The notes beneath the pieces were generated by a model that was not told the origin of the DNA, ran no database searches, and saw only the letters and a program-made list of their open reading frames with translations. A stretch of DNA of 64,000 nt, from the IMG/VR virus record IMGVR_UViG_3300020166_000747, one strand, 5' to 3'. This document shows positions 60,088-64,000 of the stretch, one piece after another; position 1 is the stretch's first letter; each line of letters starts with the position of its first letter. Position numbers and translations under genes: made by a program. Origin of the DNA: a virus.

Positions 60088-61620
60088 TTATTCGTCTGTT
60101 GTAAAGACTTTAATTCCGTAATGATTAGAAAAATCTTCTGCATCTTTCAAGTCATTGACAATTGGTTGTCCTTTAATGTTCAATGATGTATTTACTAAGA
60201 TTGGACAACCAGTCTTTTCTTTAAACTTTGTTAACAACTCGTATAGACCTGGATGTGTTTCTTTGTTTACTGTCTGCACACGTGATGTTCCGTCTTTGTG
60301 TATAATAGCTGGAAACTTTTCTGGATACTTACATGTTGCAACGAACTGCATATAAGGAGATTGTGTGATGTTCTTTGGCATATCGAAGTAATCATGCACA
60401 TCCTCTTCTAAAATCATAGGAGCAAATGGTCTAAACTTCTGTCTGCGTTTGATTTCATTCATACGATCCTTAATAGTATCTCCACGAGGATCTGCTGTGA
60501 GTGTACGATTACCCAATGCTCTTGGACCAAACTCTGCTCGTCCATTTGCAATGCCAATGATATCTCCATTAAGCAATGCCGCTAATGACTTCTCTACGGG
60601 ATACGTACCTTCGATATTGTGACCTAGATATGCAGTAGTCCAGTTAATTCTATTCTTAAAGAATTTTTGTGAAGCACCAATACAACTACCAGCATCACCC
60701 GGGTTTGGCATAATCCATACATTATCATAGTTGTGCGTGATGTTACTATTAGCACTACAGTTAAGTGCGCAACCTCCCATGATAACTAGATTTTTACTCT
60801 TACATACTTTTCTAGCATGTGAGATTATATTATCAAGTATCATTTCATAAACTTTCTGTGTCGCTGCCGCTAAATCAAATAAGTCTTGTTCGATCGTTAG
60901 TTCTGGTAGTAACCACTTACAACCCCTATGTAAATTTTTTCTAAAAGATACAATCGTAAAAAATTCACCGCTGTGGTCATTTAGTTTAATACCAATCTCA
61001 TCTAATAAATGAGATACTAAAGTTTTACCTTGATATTCTCTATTTGGATTACCATATGCTGCCATGCCCATGAGAATGTATTCGTCTTCCTGTGGCTTTA
61101 GTCCTAAACGCTGTGTCATTGCACTATAGAATAGCCCAACTGAATTAGGATAAGACTGTTCGTACTCTCTTAATAGCGTATCATTCACACCATTCCAAAT
61201 AGTAAGAGTTTCAAATTCTCCCATACTATCGATGACAACAACTGCGGCATCATCAAATCCACTAGTGAAATAGCCACTAGCAGCATGTGTGTAATGATGC
61301 GATTGATATTTAATCTTAATACCATTAAGTTCAGGGAAGTTCTTCAAATACCGTTTTGGCATTTCTTCTTTGTCAAATGCTAAACTATATTGTCTAGCAG
61401 TGAATTGTCTAAACTTCTTTAGTAATGGTCTTTCATACCACGCAATAAAATCTGGCTTACCATACGATAGTGCCTCTTGAATGATTTCATCATTCAGAAG
61501 CGGGTCATTTTTAATCTTAGAATAGCGTTCACTATGACTAGCAAATAGAATTTCGCCGTCTTTAATAACACTAACTGCGGCATCATGGTTAAGTGCGCCA
61601 GATATACCTAGTACAATCAT
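60088..61620 (-). CDS. O-carbamoyltransferase (NodU/CmcH/TobZ family)
   Basis: HDAA, ERYS..K, HHYTHA, GGCALN, PGDAG, EFGPRALGNR, RPFAP, DGTSRVQTV, NTSLN. Confidence 0.95.
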   Translation of the reverse strand: MIVLGISGALNHDAAVSVIKDGEILFASHSERYSKIKNDPLLNDEIIQEALSYGKPDFIAWYERPLLKKFRQFTARQYSLAFDKEEMPKRYLKNFPELNGIKIKYQSHHYTHAASGYFTSGFDDAAVVVIDSMGEFETLTIWNGVNDTLLREYEQSYPNSVGLFYSAMTQRLGLKPQEDEYILMGMAAYGNPNREYQGKTLVSHLLDEIGIKLNDHSGEFFTIVSFRKNLHRGCKWLLPELTIEQDLFDLAAATQKVYEMILDNIISHARKVCKSKNLVIMGGCALNCSANSNITHNYDNVWIMPNPGDAGSCIGASQKFFKNRINWTTAYLGHNIEGTYPVEKSLAALLNGDIIGIANGRAEFGPRALGNRTLTADPRGDTIKDRMNEIKRRQKFRPFAPMILEEDVHDYFDMPKNITQSPYMQFVATCKYPEKFPAIIHKDGTSRVQTVNKETHPGLYELLTKFKEKTGCPILVNTSLNIKGQPIVNDLKDAEDFSNHYGIKVFTTDE

Positions 61621-61627
61621 TTAATTC

Positions 61628-61741
61628 TCACTTATAGATGAATGGATCACGCTTGCGTAGTTCTTCTAAACGTGCTTTTAGTTCTTTGCGTCTTTTATAC
61701 TCTGCCCATGGCCAAGTAATAATTTCCCAAATCTTTCTCAT
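61628..61741 (-). CDS. small basic protein (37 aa)
   Basis: MRKIWEIITWPWAEYKRRKELKARLEELRKRDPFIYK fills the gap; ATGA overlap and GAAGG SD. Confidence 0.7.
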   Translation of the reverse strand: MRKIWEIITWPWAEYKRRKELKARLEELRKRDPFIYK

Positions 61742-62472
61742 TGTCCTTCTCCTTTTCTTGTTGTTTCGATATCATCGAACAAAATCTTTGCCCAGTCTGC
61801 GTGTGCAGTTTCGTCTGGATGCATGTAGCGTTCATCGCCTTCTTGTTTGAAATACATTTCGTTGTCATGCATGTATGTAAAGAACGTTTGCTGTTCGTAT
61901 ACACGTGTCATATCAAGTTGTGTCAATACGTTATTCATATCAGCTTGTTCGCATAGTTCAGTAAACTTAGTTGGCTCAAGTAAATTGGGCGTTAGATTTA
62001 ATGAATTAAAAATCACATACTCTAAGCCTGCATTCTTAAAGAAATTCTGTAGTGTAAGAACGTGAATTAAATATTGATGGAAGTCATACACTGGAGACCA
62101 GAAATGTTTCATATACAGTGTATTAAATAAATCAACATCACGATTTGTTTGTTCATCTAACATAATATTACCGTGATACTCATGTGCAGGAACATTATGA
62201 ATTAGTGTATTCGATGCTTCAATAAAGTGTTCACGTCTGCTCGGCGCAGTCATACCGATAGCACAGAATGGTTTCTTACCTTCTGCTAACAAGTCACTTA
62301 CTGTTGTAATAGTATTACGAACAATAAACTGATTACTTACGCCACGCTGTGCTTCTGTAACTGTTTCGCCCCTGTCCAATCCAAGCATCTCTGCTAGTTC
62401 AAAAGGCCACGCTTTATCTTTTAGTGCAAGACCAGTTCCGTATGTAAAACTACATCCGTTCGCATATAACAT
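61738..62472 (-). CDS. SGNH/GDSL-like protein
   Basis: ANGCSFT, GVSN, C-terminal HP...H. Confidence 0.7.
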   Translation of the reverse strand: MLYANGCSFTYGTGLALKDKAWPFELAEMLGLDRGETVTEAQRGVSNQFIVRNTITTVSDLLAEGKKPFCAIGMTAPSRREHFIEASNTLIHNVPAHEYHGNIMLDEQTNRDVDLFNTLYMKHFWSPVYDFHQYLIHVLTLQNFFKNAGLEYVIFNSLNLTPNLLEPTKFTELCEQADMNNVLTQLDMTRVYEQQTFFTYMHDNEMYFKQEGDERYMHPDETAHADWAKILFDDIETTRKGEGQ

Positions 62473-62489
62473 ATTTTTATTCCTCTAAT

Positions 62490-63104
62490 TTACTTCTGAT
62501 TATAATCGAAACAGCCTAATAATGCAAGACGTTGTCCCGGTCCAGTATTTTCTACTTTGTGTTCCCAATTACTATTTAGGTACCATAGTTCACCAGGATT
62601 CATTAATTGCTTAACGACCACATCATCTTCTGTTTTCATATGCATGATTTGTTCGCCTTGTACTACAACCGTAAAGCGATCCTTGCCAGGTTGGTCAATA
62701 TGATATCGCAACTCATCATTATTTTTTATAGTTGCATAACGCATTCTATAAAGCGGTGACTGTAGCATATATGCTACTTCTTCATAAACGTGTTGAAATT
62801 CTTCTCTGAGTACAGTGAAGTTATGTTCAATATACTCGGTGCCGTCTAAGTGAGTTTGTATGTCATGCTGACTATAGTTTAAAACATCCGCTCCAGTAAC
62901 CTGGTTAAGGTCATCCGATAGTTGCGCCTTTCTTAATTTAACGGCGCTATCTAGAGACGGTGGCGTATTATGAAAGTTATTTGAGAGTGTCAATATGGCA
63001 GATTCACTTATGTTTCCGAAATATTTAAAGTACGGATATTTTAGTCTCTTCCGTATGATATCGCGCTTACCTAGATACTTAATTTTATTAAAGTTATCAT
63101 CCAT
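62490..63104 (-). CDS. Asp/Asn hydroxylase-like cupin oxygenase
   Basis: YHID...WEHKVEN...RLAL. Confidence 0.75.
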   Translation of the reverse strand: MDDNFNKIKYLGKRDIIRKRLKYPYFKYFGNISESAILTLSNNFHNTPPSLDSAVKLRKAQLSDDLNQVTGADVLNYSQHDIQTHLDGTEYIEHNFTVLREEFQHVYEEVAYMLQSPLYRMRYATIKNNDELRYHIDQPGKDRFTVVVQGEQIMHMKTEDDVVVKQLMNPGELWYLNSNWEHKVENTGPGQRLALLGCFDYNQK

Positions 63105-63129
63105 GTTAAATCCTGCTATAATTTTATTT

Positions 63130-63145
63130 GATAAATATATTTATG
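63130..63145. promoter_or_regulatory. back-to-back late promoters
   Basis: Palindrome ATAAATATATTTAT (63131-63144) gives GATAAATA (+) and CATAAATA (-). Confidence 0.6.
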
Positions 63146-64000
63146 CAAACAAAATCATTAAATTATTATGAGGTGATACCAGAAGAAAACACATTTGTGG
63201 ATATTATGGTAGATATTACGCACAAATGTAATATGACATGTAAGAACTGTTATATTCCAAATCGTGATGTTCCCGATATGGATTTAGAAAAATATAGAGA
63301 TTTTATTTCAAGACTCAAAGGTAGGTGTATGATTAGAATCGTAGGTGCTGAACCGACGATGAATCCACTGTGCGAAGAGTATATTAAAATTGCGTTTGAG
63401 TATGGACATAGATGCATCGTATTAACCAATGGATTAAGATTAGCTCATAAGAATTATGTCGATAAACTACATACTTCTGGATTAAGACATATATATTTGA
63501 GTCTGAATGGTGTAAACAACGATGACTGGTATGTAGAAATAGACGAAATGCGATGTGCTACTAAGAAAATTGCGGCACTGCGTAATATCAGAGATAGAAA
63601 ATTTATCTTAGATATTGGTACTATTATTGTCCCGGATGTAAACGAAGACGCGCCAAGAGCGTTACTAGAGTTATTTGATCAAGAGAATGTAAAGAATGTT
63701 CTAATGCGAATTAAGAATGTAGGCCAATTAGGTCGCTTTCAGACAGAAGCAGATGACAATGTAAAAATGGATCAACTAGTAACCTTATGCTCAGAACAAA
63801 TGGGAGTGAGTGCAGACTATATAAATAGTTTCAGAGATAAAAAATTATACGGTGTGTATGAAGAAAAGAATTCAATATTATTCCCATTACGTGAAGGGAA
63901 TACTATTCTGAATAGAGGAAGATGGGTCAAGATAACAAACTGGGATACTGATAATGAAAGCGGTATTCCAGATCCTAACTCACAAAGACGTGGGCGTGTT
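63143..64000 (+). CDS. radical SAM protein (partial, runs off the window)
   Basis: Read by hand: MQTKSLNYY...ITHKCNMTCKNCY...GAEPT...TNG. Confidence 0.9.
   Translation, partial: MQTKSLNYYEVIPEENTFVDIMVDITHKCNMTCKNCYIPNRDVPDMDLEKYRDFISRLKGRCMIRIVGAEPTMNPLCEEYIKIAFEYGHRCIVLTNGLRLAHKNYVDKLHTSGLRHIYLSLNGVNNDDWYVEIDEMRCATKKIAALRNIRDRKFILDIGTIIVPDVNEDAPRALLELFDQENVKNVLMRIKNVGQLGRFQTEADDNVKMDQLVTLCSEQMGVSADYINSFRDKKLYGVYEEKNSILFPLREGNTILNRGRWVKITNWDTDNESGIPDPNSQRRGRV

Noticed and set aside
1384-62065. Many antisense or alternative-frame ORFs in the track (e.g. 7976-8701, 22827-23339, 53652-54299)
   Set aside because: They overlap well-supported genes and show no motifs or RBS; shadow ORFs
40371-63104. 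Classical RiPP cluster
   Set aside because: No clear precursor peptide, RRE domain, peptidase or exporter; not excluded but unsupported
1-64000. Stop-codon reassignment as in some jumbo phages
   Set aside because: Conserved enzymes are full length under the standard code, and TAA, TAG and TGA all end genes

Overview
AT-rich segment of a large T4-like (myovirus/jumbo-type) dsDNA phage genome using the standard genetic code. An alphaproteobacterial host is inferred from the SbmA/BacA-like, DUF465-like and GapR/DsbA-like genes and from CGAATCA (GANTC) boxes in early promoters. Layout: (1) end of a tRNA array (Trp, Pro, one atypical tRNA-like element). (2) Late, probably head-packaged proteins with a shared N-terminal motif and internal 'xNE' linkers (785-8930). 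(3) Family B DNA polymerase, N6-adenine MTase, PD-(D/E)XK nuclease, sliding clamp and a 7-deazaguanine cluster (TGT/DpdA-like, QueD-like, APRT, glycosyltransferase, FolE, QueE), then MetK and rhodanese. (4) RNase H-like 5' nuclease, HAD-type PMM, ClpP/crotonase-like protein and SbmA/BacA. (5) A MoxR ATPase and its VWA partner separated by a 6-kb adenylation enzyme/halogenase/GNAT-like/FabF/desaturase cassette. (6) HNH, DHFR, ThyA. (7) A 23-kb minus-strand tailoring-enzyme cluster: seven radical SAM enzymes, three 2OG-Fe(II)-type hydroxylases, a QueC-like ATPase, two MTase-fold proteins, a 1506-aa repeated glycosyltransferase-like protein, a carbamoyltransferase and an SGNH-like protein. All calls come from motif recognition by eye; no searches were run.
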